From an uncultured Pelagibacteraceae bacterium (GTDB lineage Bacteria; Pseudomonadota; Alphaproteobacteria; Pelagibacterales; Pelagibacteraceae): a stretch of 64,000 bases of DNA. Positions 1-12,744 of the stretch are shown here, one piece after another; the stretch's first letter is position 1, and every line of letters starts with the position of its first letter. Location: assembly GCA_902598265.1 (NCBI GenBank), contig CACKAY010000001.1, positions 77,511 through 141,510 on the forward strand, read 5' to 3'. The position numbers and the translations under genes were made by a program. Under the pieces are notes generated by a model that worked only from the letters and a program-made list of their open reading frames with translations, made no database searches and was not told the DNA's origin.

Positions 1-477
1 GTCATAAGTGATTTATCGAGTATTGGTAATAATATAGCAATTTGTGAACAATATTGTTTTTATTATAAATTAAACTTGTTGTCAGAACAGTATAAAAATG
101 TTTGGGAAGGTAGTCGTGTTTCAAAATTTAAAAATTTGAAATCGTTTAGTTGGTTAAGACTCATTGCTAAAAAAAATTTGAAATATAGCTTTTTTAGATT
201 TGATAAATTTAAAAAAATAAAAGTGTTAAATAAAGCTGGCTGGCATTTTTCATACTTAATGTCTGAGGAGGATATTCAGAAAAAGATTAAAGCATGGACA
301 CATTCTGAATTGGATACTCTTGAAAATAGCAATTTAGATACAATAAAAAGTAGAGTAAAAGAAAATAAAGATTTATTTGGAAGAAATATCAAATTTTCCA
401 AATTGGAGTTCAGTGAACAATTTTTCCCAAAATATTTGATAAAAAATCAAAGTTTTTATAGAGATTGGATTATATAA
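1..477 (+). CDS. Glycosyltransferase family 17-like protein, 5' partial
   Basis: Frame is open from base 1. C-terminal GWHFSYL...IQKKIKAW.HSE and PKYL resemble GT17 motifs. Confidence 0.7.
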   Translation, partial: VISDLSSIGNNIAICEQYCFYYKLNLLSEQYKNVWEGSRVSKFKNLKSFSWLRLIAKKNLKYSFFRFDKFKKIKVLNKAGWHFSYLMSEEDIQKKIKAWTHSELDTLENSNLDTIKSRVKENKDLFGRNIKFSKLEFSEQFFPKYLIKNQSFYRDWII

Positions 478-1414
478 CTTTTTTTTTAATACAGCTTTTA
501 ACAATTTCGTTAATACTAAATTTAAAATTGAAACCTAATATTTTTCTTAATTTATAATTGTTGCTTAAAGTATAGTTATAGTTACCCAGTTCATACAATT
601 TTTTTTTATAAAAAATTTTTTTATTCATTTGTTTTTCAAAGATTTTGATTATTTTATCCAAATATACTAATTTTCCACTCCCTACATTCATAATATATGA
701 ACCCATGCTCCTTCTTTTTAAAATTTTTAGGATAATACTTAAAAAGTCTTTTATGTGTACAAAGTCTCTTCCTGGATAGATTAACCTTCCTTTTTTTTTC
801 ACAAGATTTATTTTAAACAGCAATTTTTTTCTAGATGCTTCAGTTATTACTGGCATAATTCTTCTAAATTTATTTTTAAATTCAAAAAATTCTTTTTTAT
901 TCATATAACCAGCTATATTAAATAATCTTAATATGTAGCAGATTTCAAATTTATCTTTTAAATATTTTTCAATTATAGATTTCGTCTTACCATAATAGTT
1001 TGTAGGCATATTTTTTTGACTTTCAGATGCTGCCTTAACATTATTAGAATTAAAATTATATACATTAGAACTTGATAAGAAAATAAATTTTTTAATTTTT
1101 TTTTTGACACATAGATCTATTAAGGTTTTTGTTTTTTTAATATTATTCTCAAAATAAATTTTTTGGTTTTTTTCTGACTCTGGTGGGAAGCTTAAAGCTG
1201 CAGCGTGTATAACTGTATGAATCTTTTTGTTAGAGATTAATGATGAAATGATTTTTGAGTTTATATTTGTTTTTAAAAACCTTTTTTTATTGATGATATT
1301 TTTTGAATGTGATCTAGAAAAGTTATCAATTCCAAAATAAGGTATTCTTTTTAATTCCAAAATCTCACAAATGTGAAAACCTATATACCCAGTACATCCT
1401 GTTACAAGTATCAT
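470..1414 (-). CDS. NAD-dependent epimerase/dehydratase, UDP-glucose 4-epimerase-like
   Basis: ILVTGCTGYIG Rossmann motif, YGKTK (YxxxK), LRLFNIAG, RDFVHI. Confidence 0.85.
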   Translation of the reverse strand: MILVTGCTGYIGFHICEILELKRIPYFGIDNFSRSHSKNIINKKRFLKTNINSKIISSLISNKKIHTVIHAAALSFPPESEKNQKIYFENNIKKTKTLIDLCVKKKIKKFIFLSSSNVYNFNSNNVKAASESQKNMPTNYYGKTKSIIEKYLKDKFEICYILRLFNIAGYMNKKEFFEFKNKFRRIMPVITEASRKKLLFKINLVKKKGRLIYPGRDFVHIKDFLSIILKILKRRSMGSYIMNVGSGKLVYLDKIIKIFEKQMNKKIFYKKKLYELGNYNYTLSNNYKLRKILGFNFKFSINEIVKSCIKKKVI

Positions 1415-1449
1415 TTTATTTTTAATGTTTTTTGAATATATTGATTATT

Positions 1450-2130
1450 ATGTTTTTTTTGAAGTTAAAATATTTTTTATATTACTATAAATCTAAGATA
1501 ATAAAAAAAAGATGTAAAAAAGACTATGCTGATCAAAAAAGAGTATTTGAGCAAAAAATAAATCAAAAAAATTTTTCACAAAAATGGTTTCTGAATAATT
1601 TTGAAGTCTTTACTTTTTTTTTACCAAAAAATAAGAGTTTAAAATTTGATTATTTAGAAGTAGGTTGTTACGAGGGATTATCTTCATTTTACGTTTTATC
1701 CGAATACAAATCTGTAAACGCCTTTTTTTTAGATATATGGGATATGCCAAATCCTAATAGTAAATCACTTTCGCGTAATTTTGGGTTAATAGAAAAAGTT
1801 TTTGATCAAAATCTTTCTGATTTTCATTTTAAGAAAATGAAAGATGATTCAGTTATCTCAATGAGAAGATTGTTAAAGGAAAATGTTCATTTTGATTTCA
1901 TTTATATCGATGGATCTCACAATGGTGAAGATATTTTGTCTGATGCAATTGAAGCATTTAAGATCCTAAAAGTTAATGGACTTATATTCTTTGATGATTT
2001 TTTGCAACATGATGATAATAGAATTTTACAATCATATGAAGGTATTGAAAAATTTTTGTCTTTATATTCTGACTATTTGATAATTGAATATTTTCAAAAT
2101 AATCTAGTTGTAAGGAAAAAAGTTAAGTAA
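1450..2130 (+). CDS. Class I SAM-dependent methyltransferase (Methyltransf_24-like)
   Basis: YLEVGCYEGLS, FDFIYIDGSH, LKVNGLIFFDD. ATG at 1450 preferred over TTG at 1432. Confidence 0.8.
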   Translation: MFFLKLKYFLYYYKSKIIKKRCKKDYADQKRVFEQKINQKNFSQKWFLNNFEVFTFFLPKNKSLKFDYLEVGCYEGLSSFYVLSEYKSVNAFFLDIWDMPNPNSKSLSRNFGLIEKVFDQNLSDFHFKKMKDDSVISMRRLLKENVHFDFIYIDGSHNGEDILSDAIEAFKILKVNGLIFFDDFLQHDDNRILQSYEGIEKFLSLYSDYLIIEYFQNNLVVRKKVK

Positions 2131-2137
2131 ATTTTAA

Positions 2138-2785
2138 ATGAAAAAAATTATAATAGAAACTATAAAGAAATTTATTTTTAATAACACTCCCTTTGGAGCT
2201 CCAAGTTATTCTTACAATTTAGAACCAATTCAACTTTCTGAAATAATTGTTTCAATAGAAAAAATTAAGGGCTTAAAAGGATCAATATGTGAAATCGGTG
2301 TAGCACGTGGCATGACCTCAAGATTTATCTGTGAACATTTAGAAATACAGAATTATGATGAAAAGTTGTATTGCATAGATACTTTTACATCTTTTGAAAA
2401 GGAAGATATTGAATTTGAAATAAAAAATAGAAAAAAAAATAAAAAAGATTTAATGGGATTTAGTTATAATAATTTTAAAAAATGGAAAAAAAATTTTGCA
2501 AAATTTGATTTTGCTAAACCAATAAAAACTGATGTTAAAAAATTTGATTTTAAATCTATCTCTCCAATTAAGCTCGTTATCTTAGATGTCGATCTCTACA
2601 AACCAACGCTGATAGCACTTAATAATTTAAAAGAGTGCATGGTTCCAGGAGGAATAATAATGGTCGATGACGTAAAAGATAATAATATGTGGGATGGAGC
2701 TTATCAAGCTTTTAATGAATTTGTAAAATCGAACTCTTATAAATACAGAATTATTGGAAACAAATGTGGGATAATTAATTTTTAA
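2138..2785 (+). CDS. TylF/MycF/NovP-like O-methyltransferase
   Basis: GSICEIGVARG, IDTF, LDVDLYKPT, MVPGGIIMVDD. Confidence 0.8.
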   Translation: MKKIIIETIKKFIFNNTPFGAPSYSYNLEPIQLSEIIVSIEKIKGLKGSICEIGVARGMTSRFICEHLEIQNYDEKLYCIDTFTSFEKEDIEFEIKNRKKNKKDLMGFSYNNFKKWKKNFAKFDFAKPIKTDVKKFDFKSISPIKLVILDVDLYKPTLIALNNLKECMVPGGIIMVDDVKDNNMWDGAYQAFNEFVKSNSYKYRIIGNKCGIINF

Positions 2786-3810
2786 TGAGTAAAAAAATGG
2801 TAATCATTACTAATGAAAAATTTTTTAATCTAGATGGTAATTTTAGTTGTGATAATGTTGCGGAAAAGTCCTTACCAGATGAATTAAAAAATAATTTTAA
2901 AATTGAAATTATAGGTAGAAAAAGTCAAATTAAACAGGCTCATCAACTTGAAACAAAAAACATAAATGCTTGTTCTAATGTTTTCTCTTATATTCTAAGA
3001 ATTTTTAAAGAAAGAAATGAAAACAATTCAGTTTACTTAATTTTATCAATTACTCCATTAACCTTTTTATCAGCTTGTATATTAAGTTTTTTTAAAAAAA
3101 AAATTTTTACATATTTAAGAAGTAATGGTCACGAAGAATATAAAAAAATAATTGGTTCGATAGGGTCAAAAATTTATAATATTATGTTCAATTATATTTC
3201 AAAAAAAAGTATTCTAATAAGTTGCCGTAAACATATTTTAATGGGAAAAAAAGGGTTTGTCGTTGAGCCATCTGAACTCGATGAAAATTGGAATAAAAAC
3301 ACTTTTGAAAAAAATATTGATAAATTTAAATTATTATATGTTGGAAGAGTAAAAGTAGAAAAAGGTATATATTCTCTTGATAATCTTTTGTTATCTCTAA
3401 ATAGTAATATATTTCTCACAATAGTTGGTTCTGATAAAAATCGTAAAAAGTTAAAATATAATAAAATTAAGATGTACCCCATTGAGTCAGACCAACAAAA
3501 GTTAATCAATTTTTATGATGAATGTGATATATTTATTCTTCCATCATTTACGGAGGGGCATCCTATGGTATTATTAGAGGCATTATCTAGACTAAGACCT
3601 GTTATAATTTTTAGAGATATTGAACATATTGTTGGAAATAAAAAAGGAGTATTCGTGTCTGAAAGGAATGCAGAAAGTTTTTTTAAAATTTTAAATTTAA
3701 TTAAAAAAAACTACAATTCTATTCAAAAAGAGATGAAACAAAATATTTTACCCAAAAAAAAAGATTTTATAGACGCATTTTCCAAAATTGTTGTTAGTGA
3801 GATTTTATAG
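2785..3810 (+). CDS. Glycosyltransferase family 4 (GT-B)
   Basis: [11 protein letters not shown] and [18 protein letters not shown] (EX7E motif). Confidence 0.85.
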   Translation: MSKKMVIITNEKFFNLDGNFSCDNVAEKSLPDELKNNFKIEIIGRKSQIKQAHQLETKNINACSNVFSYILRIFKERNENNSVYLILSITPLTFLSACILSFFKKKIFTYLRSNGHEEYKKIIGSIGSKIYNIMFNYISKKSILISCRKHILMGKKGFVVEPSELDENWNKNTFEKNIDKFKLLYVGRVKVEKGIYSLDNLLLSLNSNIFLTIVGSDKNRKKLKYNKIKMYPIESDQQKLINFYDECDIFILPSFTEGHPMVLLEALSRLRPVIIFRDIEHIVGNKKGVFVSERNAESFFKILNLIKKNYNSIQKEMKQNILPKKKDFIDAFSKIVVSEIL

Positions 3811-3899
3811 GAGAGGTGGCCGAGTGGTTTAAGGCGCACGCTTGGAAAGCGTGTAAAGGGGCAACTCTTTCATGGGTTCGAATCCCATTCTCTCCACCA
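3810..3899 (+). tRNA. tRNA-Ser(GGA)
   Basis: GGAGAGG acceptor arm, anticodon arm CACGC-TTGGAAA-GCGTG, long variable arm, GGTTCGAATCC, encoded CCA. The first G is the last base of the upstream stop codon. Confidence 0.97.
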
Positions 3900-4010
3900 C
3901 AAATAATCTATATTTTATGCGGTCAATATGATATTTTTTACTAATTGATAAAATTATAAAATGAGCAATTTAATGTAAAAAATGATATGATTTAAATTTC
4001 CGAAAAATAA

Positions 4011-6074
<2,064 letters not shown>

Positions 6075-6076
6075 AA

Positions 6077-7345
6077 ATGAAGTTTTTTGAAACTTCAAAA
6101 CAATATTCTTTAAAAAAGTCAATTTACATAAATTTAAGGTGGATTGGTATTATAGGCCAATTGATATCAGTATATCTTGTATATTTCTATTTTAATTTTG
6201 ACTTCAACTTTATTCTCGCAAATTTATTTATTTCTATTGGAGTAATTGGTAATTTATATTTAATTTTTATTTACAAAAAAACGCAATTAACAGATAGGTC
6301 GGCGTTTATTCATCTATTAATTGATATAATTCAATTATGTGGACTTATTTATTTGACTGGAGGTGTTAAAAATCCATTTATCATCTTTTTAATAATACCT
6401 AGTGTTTTTGCTTCTTCAAATTTAAGTTTTAGAACTAATTCATTGTTAGTATTATTAACTACCCTATCTATTTTGGGGTTAACTTTTATTTCAAAAGATT
6501 TACCCAAACCTTTGAATGATCATTTTCATGTTAATAACTATTATATCTACGCAATACCTTTAGCCTTAATAATAGCTCTATTTTTTTTAAATTATTTTGC
6601 AATTATATTCGGAGCAGAGAGTAAGTTAAGAAAAGATGCTTTGAATAAAATGGAAGAAATAATGGCTAAAGAGCATGAGATGTTATCTTTGGGTGGACAA
6701 GCTGCTGCTGCTGCACATTCATTAGGGACGCCCTTATCAACAATAAAGCTAATTACCCAGGAATTATCAAAACAATTAAAGGACCAAAAAGATGTTTCTC
6801 AAGATATTGAACTCTTAGCAAGTCAGGTTGAAAGATGTAATGAAATACTAAAAAAATTGTCCTTAAATCCTGATCAGGAGGATGAATTTATTGATGAGGA
6901 CTTATCAATGAGAGATTATTTAAGACAAATTATTTCATCATTTAAGGAAACAAGTAAAAAACAATTTAGTCTTAATTTAGAGCAAGATCTTAATTCAAAA
7001 AAAATTTATAAATCGATTGAAATTGTTTATGGCTTAAGAAATTTTATAGGTAATGCAAATAAGTTTAGTAAAAGCAAAGTTTTTATAAATTTGAAAAGCG
7101 ATAATAACTTTACTGAAATTACCATTGAAGATGATGGTGATGGATATCCAAGCGATATTTTATCAAAAATTGGAGAACCTTATCTCAAATCAACTGATAA
7201 AAATAGTGGATTAGGTTTAGGATTATTTATAGGAAAGACTTTACTAGAAAAAAATTTTGCCATTGTTAATTGTTGGAATTCTCAAACAAGAAGTGGAGCT
7301 GAAGTGACAATAAAGTGGAAAAATAAAGATTTGTTCAATCTTTAA
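6077..7345 (+). CDS. regB: RegB/PrrB/ActS redox-sensing histidine kinase
   Basis: N-terminal TM region, GGVKNPF quinone-binding motif, H-box [13 protein letters not shown] redox cysteine, DDGDG and GLGLGL. Confidence 0.88.
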   Translation: MKFFETSKQYSLKKSIYINLRWIGIIGQLISVYLVYFYFNFDFNFILANLFISIGVIGNLYLIFIYKKTQLTDRSAFIHLLIDIIQLCGLIYLTGGVKNPFIIFLIIPSVFASSNLSFRTNSLLVLLTTLSILGLTFISKDLPKPLNDHFHVNNYYIYAIPLALIIALFFLNYFAIIFGAESKLRKDALNKMEEIMAKEHEMLSLGGQAAAAAHSLGTPLSTIKLITQELSKQLKDQKDVSQDIELLASQVERCNEILKKLSLNPDQEDEFIDEDLSMRDYLRQIISSFKETSKKQFSLNLEQDLNSKKIYKSIEIVYGLRNFIGNANKFSKSKVFINLKSDNNFTEITIEDDGDGYPSDILSKIGEPYLKSTDKNSGLGLGLFIGKTLLEKNFAIVNCWNSQTRSGAEVTIKWKNKDLFNL

Positions 7346-9141
7346 TGTAAATTTTTTTTACTTTTAAAAAGTTCACTCAATTGAGAAATCATGACATCTC
7401 CCAATTCATTGACATCTGTAATTTTTATCGCGCGATTGTAGTATCTTGATACGTCATGACCTATTCCTATTGCTAAAATTTCTGTCTCGGTTTTTTCCTC
7501 TATAAATTTTACAATTTTTTTTAAATGTTTCTCAAGAAAATCACCAGAGTTCACTGAAAGAGTTGAGTCATCAACTGGTGCACCATCAGAAATTACCATT
7601 AATATTTTTCTTTCTTCTTTTCTTTTTTTTAATCGATTAAATGCCCAAGAAATTGCTTCTCCATCAATATTCTCTTTTAATAATCCCTCTTTTAACATTA
7701 AACCAAGATTATTTTTACATTGTCGCCAATGTGTGTCAGCCCCTTTATAAATTATGTGTCTTAAATCATTTAATCTCCCCGGTGTTTTTGGTTTACCCTC
7801 TTTATTCCAAAATTCTCTACTTTTTCCACCTTTCCAATTTTTAGTTGTGAAACCTAATATTTCAACTTTGACAGAACATCTTTCCAAGGTTCTTGATAAG
7901 ATATCCGCACAAATTGCAGCAATCGTTATTGGTCTACCTCTCATGGATCCTGAGTTATCAATTAGAAGAGTAACTACTGTGTCTTTAAAATCTAAATCCT
8001 TCTCTTTTTTAAATGATAATGAATTATAAGGGTCCATAATTATTCTTGGTAGTTTTGAACTATCCAATAACCCTTCCTCTAAATCAAACTCCCAAGCCCT
8101 ATTTTGTTTTGCTAACAATTGTCTTTGAAGCTTGTTTGCGAGTTTGGTAATGACATCTTGAAAACCTATTAATTGTTGATCTAAAGTTTTTCTTAATTTT
8201 GAAGCTTCATCAGAGTTTTCTAAATTTTCTGCTTTTGTTATTTCATCAAACTGGGTTGTGAAGATTTTATAGTCTGTATTTAAATCATTAATTGATTTTT
8301 TTTGTATAACTTGTTCATTATTTTTTTGATCAGATTCACTATCAATAAGTTGCTCATCAAGTTTATATTCATCTATGTCATATTCAGATTCTAAGCTCGC
8401 TTCAGTCTCTTCATTGTTATTTTCATCTCTAGCATCATCTGAATTGTTGTCTTGGTCATCATTAGAAGGATTATTTTGACCATCATTTTGGTTTTCTTCC
8501 TTGGTTTCTTCATTATCCTCATTTTTAAAAATATCCATTTCTTGTAATATTTCTGAAAACTTTGAAGAATATTCATTTTGATATTCTAAGTTTTCTTTTA
8601 AAAATTCAATGTGTTTATTCATTACTTTATCGAAGTCTTTTTCCCAAAAATTTAACATATTATTGGTTAAGTCATTTAATTCGACGTTTAGAAATTTCTT
8701 TAACATATATAATTCAAAAGCTTCCACTACTGGAACATCTTCTTTTGAATTTAATTGGTCTTTTCTTTTTAATTGGATTATTTGATCATAATTTTCCTTA
8801 AGATTTTTTGCTATACCTTTCAACATTTCTGAGCCGAGGCATTCATATCTTACTTTTTCTGCGATAGAATAAAGAGACTTATATGAAGAATTTAAAGGTA
8901 AATTCTTTTTATAAATCTCATCATTTGAAAATTTTTTTTTTAAAGCAGATGAGTCAGACTCTGCTCTAGCTTTAATAAAATCTCTTTTTGAGTTAAGATT
9001 TTCAATATCAACAAAATTCAAATCTTTTTTATTTTTTTCATCAATAGTTTTAAGATGAATATCATCAGAAATCACTCTAGCTGTTGAAGTTAAAGCTTGC
9101 TTAAGTTTTTCTCTTAAGTTTTCAGCCTTATTATTTTTCAT
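7342..9141 (-). CDS. cobT: CobT-family protein (acidic linker plus VWA domain)
   Basis: [25 protein letters not shown] (MIDAS), [26 protein letters not shown]. Confidence 0.92.
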   Translation of the reverse strand: MKNNKAENLREKLKQALTSTARVISDDIHLKTIDEKNKKDLNFVDIENLNSKRDFIKARAESDSSALKKKFSNDEIYKKNLPLNSSYKSLYSIAEKVRYECLGSEMLKGIAKNLKENYDQIIQLKRKDQLNSKEDVPVVEAFELYMLKKFLNVELNDLTNNMLNFWEKDFDKVMNKHIEFLKENLEYQNEYSSKFSEILQEMDIFKNEDNEETKEENQNDGQNNPSNDDQDNNSDDARDENNNEETEASLESEYDIDEYKLDEQLIDSESDQKNNEQVIQKKSINDLNTDYKIFTTQFDEITKAENLENSDEASKLRKTLDQQLIGFQDVITKLANKLQRQLLAKQNRAWEFDLEEGLLDSSKLPRIIMDPYNSLSFKKEKDLDFKDTVVTLLIDNSGSMRGRPITIAAICADILSRTLERCSVKVEILGFTTKNWKGGKSREFWNKEGKPKTPGRLNDLRHIIYKGADTHWRQCKNNLGLMLKEGLLKENIDGEAISWAFNRLKKRKEERKILMVISDGAPVDDSTLSVNSGDFLEKHLKKIVKFIEEKTETEILAIGIGHDVSRYYNRAIKITDVNELGDVMISQLSELFKSKKNLH

Positions 9142-10116
9142 TTAAATTTGAATATTTGCGAGTGACTCTGGTAGTTCTTCTCCGAAACATCTTTGATAGT
9201 ATTCAGCAATTGTATTTTTTTCAATTTCATCACATTTATTTAGAAAAGTGACTCTAAATGCATATCCTACATCTTTAAAAATTTCTGCATTTTCAGCCCA
9301 ATGCAATACAGTTCTTGGACTCATTACAGTACTTATGTCACCAGCTATAAATCCTTTTCGAGTTAATGATGCAACTTTTATCATATTTGATACTTTTTCT
9401 TTACCTTTGGGATTATTCAAAGATTTGTTTTTCGCTAATATAATATCCATTTCTTTATCTAGGCTAAGGTAATTAAGTGTCGTTACAATATTCCATCTAT
9501 CCATTTGACCTTGATTGATTTGTTGTGTTCCATGATAAAGTCCAGTGGTATCTCCCAAACCGACTGTATTTGATGTAGCAAATAATCTAAAAAATTTATT
9601 TTGTTTTATGACCTTATTCTTGTCTAAGAGAGTAAAGTTACCCTCGGCTTCAAGAACTCTTTGAATAACAAACATTACATCAGGTCTTCCAGCATCATAC
9701 TCATCAAAAACTAAAGCTACTGGATTTTGAATTGACCATGGTAGAATACCTTCATTAAATTGTGTAACCTGTTTTCCTTCTTTAAGGACGATTGCATCTT
9801 TACCAATCAGATCTATTCTGCTGATGTGGCTATCTAAGTTTACTCTTATACAGGGCCAATTTAATCTAGCAGCAATTTGTTCTATATGTGTAGATTTTCC
9901 TGTACCATGATAACCTTGTACTAGAACTCTTTTATTGTGTGCAAATCCAGAGACAATTGCAAGTGTAGTATCCCTATCAAATTTATAATTTTTATCTATT
10001 TCTGGAACATATTCGCTTTTTTCAGAGAATGCGTCTACTTCCATCTCAGAATCAATCCCAAATGATTGTTTTAATGAAATTTTAATATCTGGCTGAATGT
10101 TAAGATTGGGTGTCAA
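9142..10116 (-). CDS. cobS: CobS-family AAA+ ATPase
   Basis: [13 protein letters not shown] (Walker A), [28 protein letters not shown]. Confidence 0.93.
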   Translation of the reverse strand: MTPNLNIQPDIKISLKQSFGIDSEMEVDAFSEKSEYVPEIDKNYKFDRDTTLAIVSGFAHNKRVLVQGYHGTGKSTHIEQIAARLNWPCIRVNLDSHISRIDLIGKDAIVLKEGKQVTQFNEGILPWSIQNPVALVFDEYDAGRPDVMFVIQRVLEAEGNFTLLDKNKVIKQNKFFRLFATSNTVGLGDTTGLYHGTQQINQGQMDRWNIVTTLNYLSLDKEMDIILAKNKSLNNPKGKEKVSNMIKVASLTRKGFIAGDISTVMSPRTVLHWAENAEIFKDVGYAFRVTFLNKCDEIEKNTIAEYYQRCFGEELPESLANIQI

Positions 10117-10633
10117 TTTTTTTCCTATATGTATTTTTTAGCTGCGTGTATGCTAAAGTAATTAACTTTAGTTTTTCTTCATATTTTTTATTTCCGGCAT
10201 TCATATCAGGGTGAAATTTTTTGACAAGTGTTTTGAATTTTTCTTGAACTTTTTGCCATTTTAAACCTACAGAAACACCCAATATCCCAAAGGCTTTAAT
10301 ATCTTTATGGTCAAATTTAAATTGACGCATATGATTGAACTCACTTTTAAATTTATCATTATCCATTTCATCTTTTAAAGTGTTATTCCATAAAACTTTA
10401 AAAAAATTATCAGACGAACTAAAACTTTGAGTAGGTTTATGCCAAATCATATCTGACTTTAAAAAATTAATTACTTGATTATCATTCATACCGGAAAAAT
10501 AATTCCAATTTTTATTAAATTCTTTAACGTGTTCTAAACATAACATCCTATATTTTTTACTATTATCCTTTTCAACAGGCGCTTTATATTCACCAATTTC
10601 TTTACAATTATTCCAGTCGCAAATATTTTTCAT
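10100..10633 (-). CDS. J-domain (DnaJ-family) protein
   Basis: N-terminal [11 protein letters not shown] motif and a C-terminal J domain with HPD. Usual position upstream of cobS. Confidence 0.85.
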   Translation of the reverse strand: MKNICDWNNCKEIGEYKAPVEKDNSKKYRMLCLEHVKEFNKNWNYFSGMNDNQVINFLKSDMIWHKPTQSFSSSDNFFKVLWNNTLKDEMDNDKFKSEFNHMRQFKFDHKDIKAFGILGVSVGLKWQKVQEKFKTLVKKFHPDMNAGNKKYEEKLKLITLAYTQLKNTYRKKIDTQS

Positions 10634-10651
10634 GATAATATAATTACATTT

Positions 10652-10912
10652 ATGAATATAAATGATTTAATTGCAATCGTAAAAAAAAAATTACAAAATC
10701 AAATTGCTTTGGAGAGTATATTAGTTGAAGATAAATCTTTTCTCCATAAAAATCACGTTGAAAACCAGGCAGGTAAATTTCATCTTAAAATTTCTTTAGT
10801 ATCAAAGGAACTTAAGCAAATGAAAAGAATTGATAGTGATAAAAAGATTTACAAAATTTTAAATGAAGAATTAAAAAAATATATTCATTCCATACAAATT
10901 TTAATCAATTAA
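10652..10912 (+). CDS. bolA: BolA family protein
   Basis: DKSFLHKNH, FHLKI, IY..L.EEL...IHSIQI. Divergent from the J-domain gene. Confidence 0.8.
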   Translation: MNINDLIAIVKKKLQNQIALESILVEDKSFLHKNHVENQAGKFHLKISLVSKELKQMKRIDSDKKIYKILNEELKKYIHSIQILIN

Positions 10913-12007
10913 TTCATTTTTTAAGAATCCATTTAAATTTTTTACTGAGTATTCTTGATTTAAAATTGTTTGTCCCATTTTCTTTAATAATACCAACTTT
11001 ATTTTATCAGAATTATTTTTTTTATCGGTTTTCATAAATTTAATAATTTTATCAAGATCTTTACTTTTAAAATATTTTTTAATATCCGAGGGTAATTTTG
11101 AATTTTTATAATGATCAGAAATCAATTTATAATCATTGATATTTAAGAATTTATTCTTATTGCTAAATTTTACAGCCATCATCATTCCTAAAATGACAGC
11201 TTCACCATGATTTAATCTTTTAGAATATCCTAATGAAGCTTCAAATGAGTGACCAAAAGTGTGACCAAAATTTAATTTTTTTCTTAAGTTGCTTTCTTTT
11301 TCATCTTTTTCAACTACATCTTTTTTGATTTTACAACTCTCAAATATCGCCTTTTCTATATAAGGAGATTTAAGTTTAATAACGTTATCAAAATTCTGAT
11401 CTAAATATTTAAAGAATTTTTTTTTAGAGATTATAGAGTGTTTTAGAATTTCACCATACCCACAAACAATTTCTCTTCTATTAAGTGTTTTTAAAGTATC
11501 TATGTCACTTATGACTAATTTGGGCTGATAGAAGCTACCAATGAGATTTTTTCCATACTTAGAATTTACTCCTGTTTTGCCACCAATCGATGAGTCTACT
11601 TGAGCCAAAAGAGTTGTGGGAATATTTATAAAATGTAATCCTCTTTTAAATAAACTTGCAGCAAAACCACCAACGTCTCCAGTTATACCTCCCCCAATTG
11701 CTAATAAACTATCCTCTCTAGAAAAATTTTTATTCAGTAAAATTTCTAAAATTGAATTAATAGTAGTTTGGTTCTTATTTTTTTCGTTGGCATTAAAATT
11801 GAATAAAAATATTTTTTTATTTCGTAGTTTTTTTTTAATTTCAGAAATAAATTTTTTAGGAACTTTTCTGTCAACTACCAATAAACATTTTTTTGATTTA
11901 ATGGAATTATTGATCATCAAACTTGATATTTTTGTAATAAGATTTTTTCCAATAAATATTGGATATTTTTCAGAATTAGTCTTAATTATCAATTTAATTG
12001 GTTTCAT
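10901..12007 (-). CDS. aroB: 3-dehydroquinate synthase
   Basis: GGGITGDVGGF, PTTLLAQVDSSIGGKTG, LNFGHTFGH, HGEAV. Confidence 0.96.
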   Translation of the reverse strand: MKPIKLIIKTNSEKYPIFIGKNLITKISSLMINNSIKSKKCLLVVDRKVPKKFISEIKKKLRNKKIFLFNFNANEKNKNQTTINSILEILLNKNFSREDSLLAIGGGITGDVGGFAASLFKRGLHFINIPTTLLAQVDSSIGGKTGVNSKYGKNLIGSFYQPKLVISDIDTLKTLNRREIVCGYGEILKHSIISKKKFFKYLDQNFDNVIKLKSPYIEKAIFESCKIKKDVVEKDEKESNLRKKLNFGHTFGHSFEASLGYSKRLNHGEAVILGMMMAVKFSNKNKFLNINDYKLISDHYKNSKLPSDIKKYFKSKDLDKIIKFMKTDKKNNSDKIKLVLLKKMGQTILNQEYSVKNLNGFLKNELID

Positions 12008-12507
12008 ATAATATCTAAAATTTTATCTACAATTTCTTTTTTAGTTTTATTGTGACAATCAATTTTATTTTGCGCTTTTGCATAATATTTATTACGATTT
12101 TTTATCATATTTTGTAGATCACTATTAGAAACATTATAAGCTAATGGTCTTTTAGCACTTTTTCTAATTCTTTGGATTAAAATATCATCATTAGTTTTAA
12201 GCCAAAAAGATATGTGGTTCTTTAAAACCTCGTTTCTTATATTCTTATTTAAAAAAGCACCACCACCTAGAGACACTACTATTCCTTTAATTTTCATGAG
12301 TTCTAAAGTAATTTTTTCCTCATATTCTCTGAAAAATTTTTCACCTTTGTTTTTGAATATATTTGAAATTTTCATTTTAAGCTTATTTTCTATGTAATGG
12401 TCAACATCATAAAAATCTAATTTTAGTTTTTTTGAAACTAAAAATCCGATAGATGTTTTACCAGATCCCATCATACCTAAAAAAACAATATTTCTATTAG
12501 ATTTCAT
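12004..12507 (-). CDS. aroK: Shikimate kinase
   Basis: GMMGSGKT, GEKFFR, SLGGGA, RPL. Likely start at MKSNRN (12507). Confidence 0.93.
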   Translation of the reverse strand: MKSNRNIVFLGMMGSGKTSIGFLVSKKLKLDFYDVDHYIENKLKMKISNIFKNKGEKFFREYEEKITLELMKIKGIVVSLGGGAFLNKNIRNEVLKNHISFWLKTNDDILIQRIRKSAKRPLAYNVSNSDLQNMIKNRNKYYAKAQNKIDCHNKTKKEIVDKILDII

Positions 12508-12564
12508 AATTTTCTTTATTGAAAAACCACAAATATGTCTTAATTTGAAATTAGTTAAAAGTAT

Positions 12565-12744
12565 ATGCAATTTATAAAAAAAACAAGTTCAAGCCGAAGT
12601 ATTGTGGGTATTGTAACTAAATTAGTTTTACTTTTGCTTGTCTTTTTTTTAATTATTTTTTTACTGAACAAGATTGATTTTCCAGCTCCTAAAAAAGATA
12701 TAGACAAAACTATTCCTAATGAAAATTTTAAAATTGTTAAATAA
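12565..12744 (+). CDS. Small single-TM protein, 59 aa (missed by ORF track)
   Basis: Hand translation gives MQFIKKTSSSRSIVGIVTKLVLLLLVFFLIIFLLNKIDFPAPKKDIDKTIPNENFKIVK. It fills the gap and overlaps the next gene start. Confidence 0.65.
   Translation: MQFIKKTSSSRSIVGIVTKLVLLLLVFFLIIFLLNKIDFPAPKKDIDKTIPNENFKIVK

Noticed and set aside
8330-8530. Asp/Asn/Glu-rich quasi-repeat in cobT
   Set aside because: This is the normal acidic linker of CobT-family proteins, not a DNA repeat.
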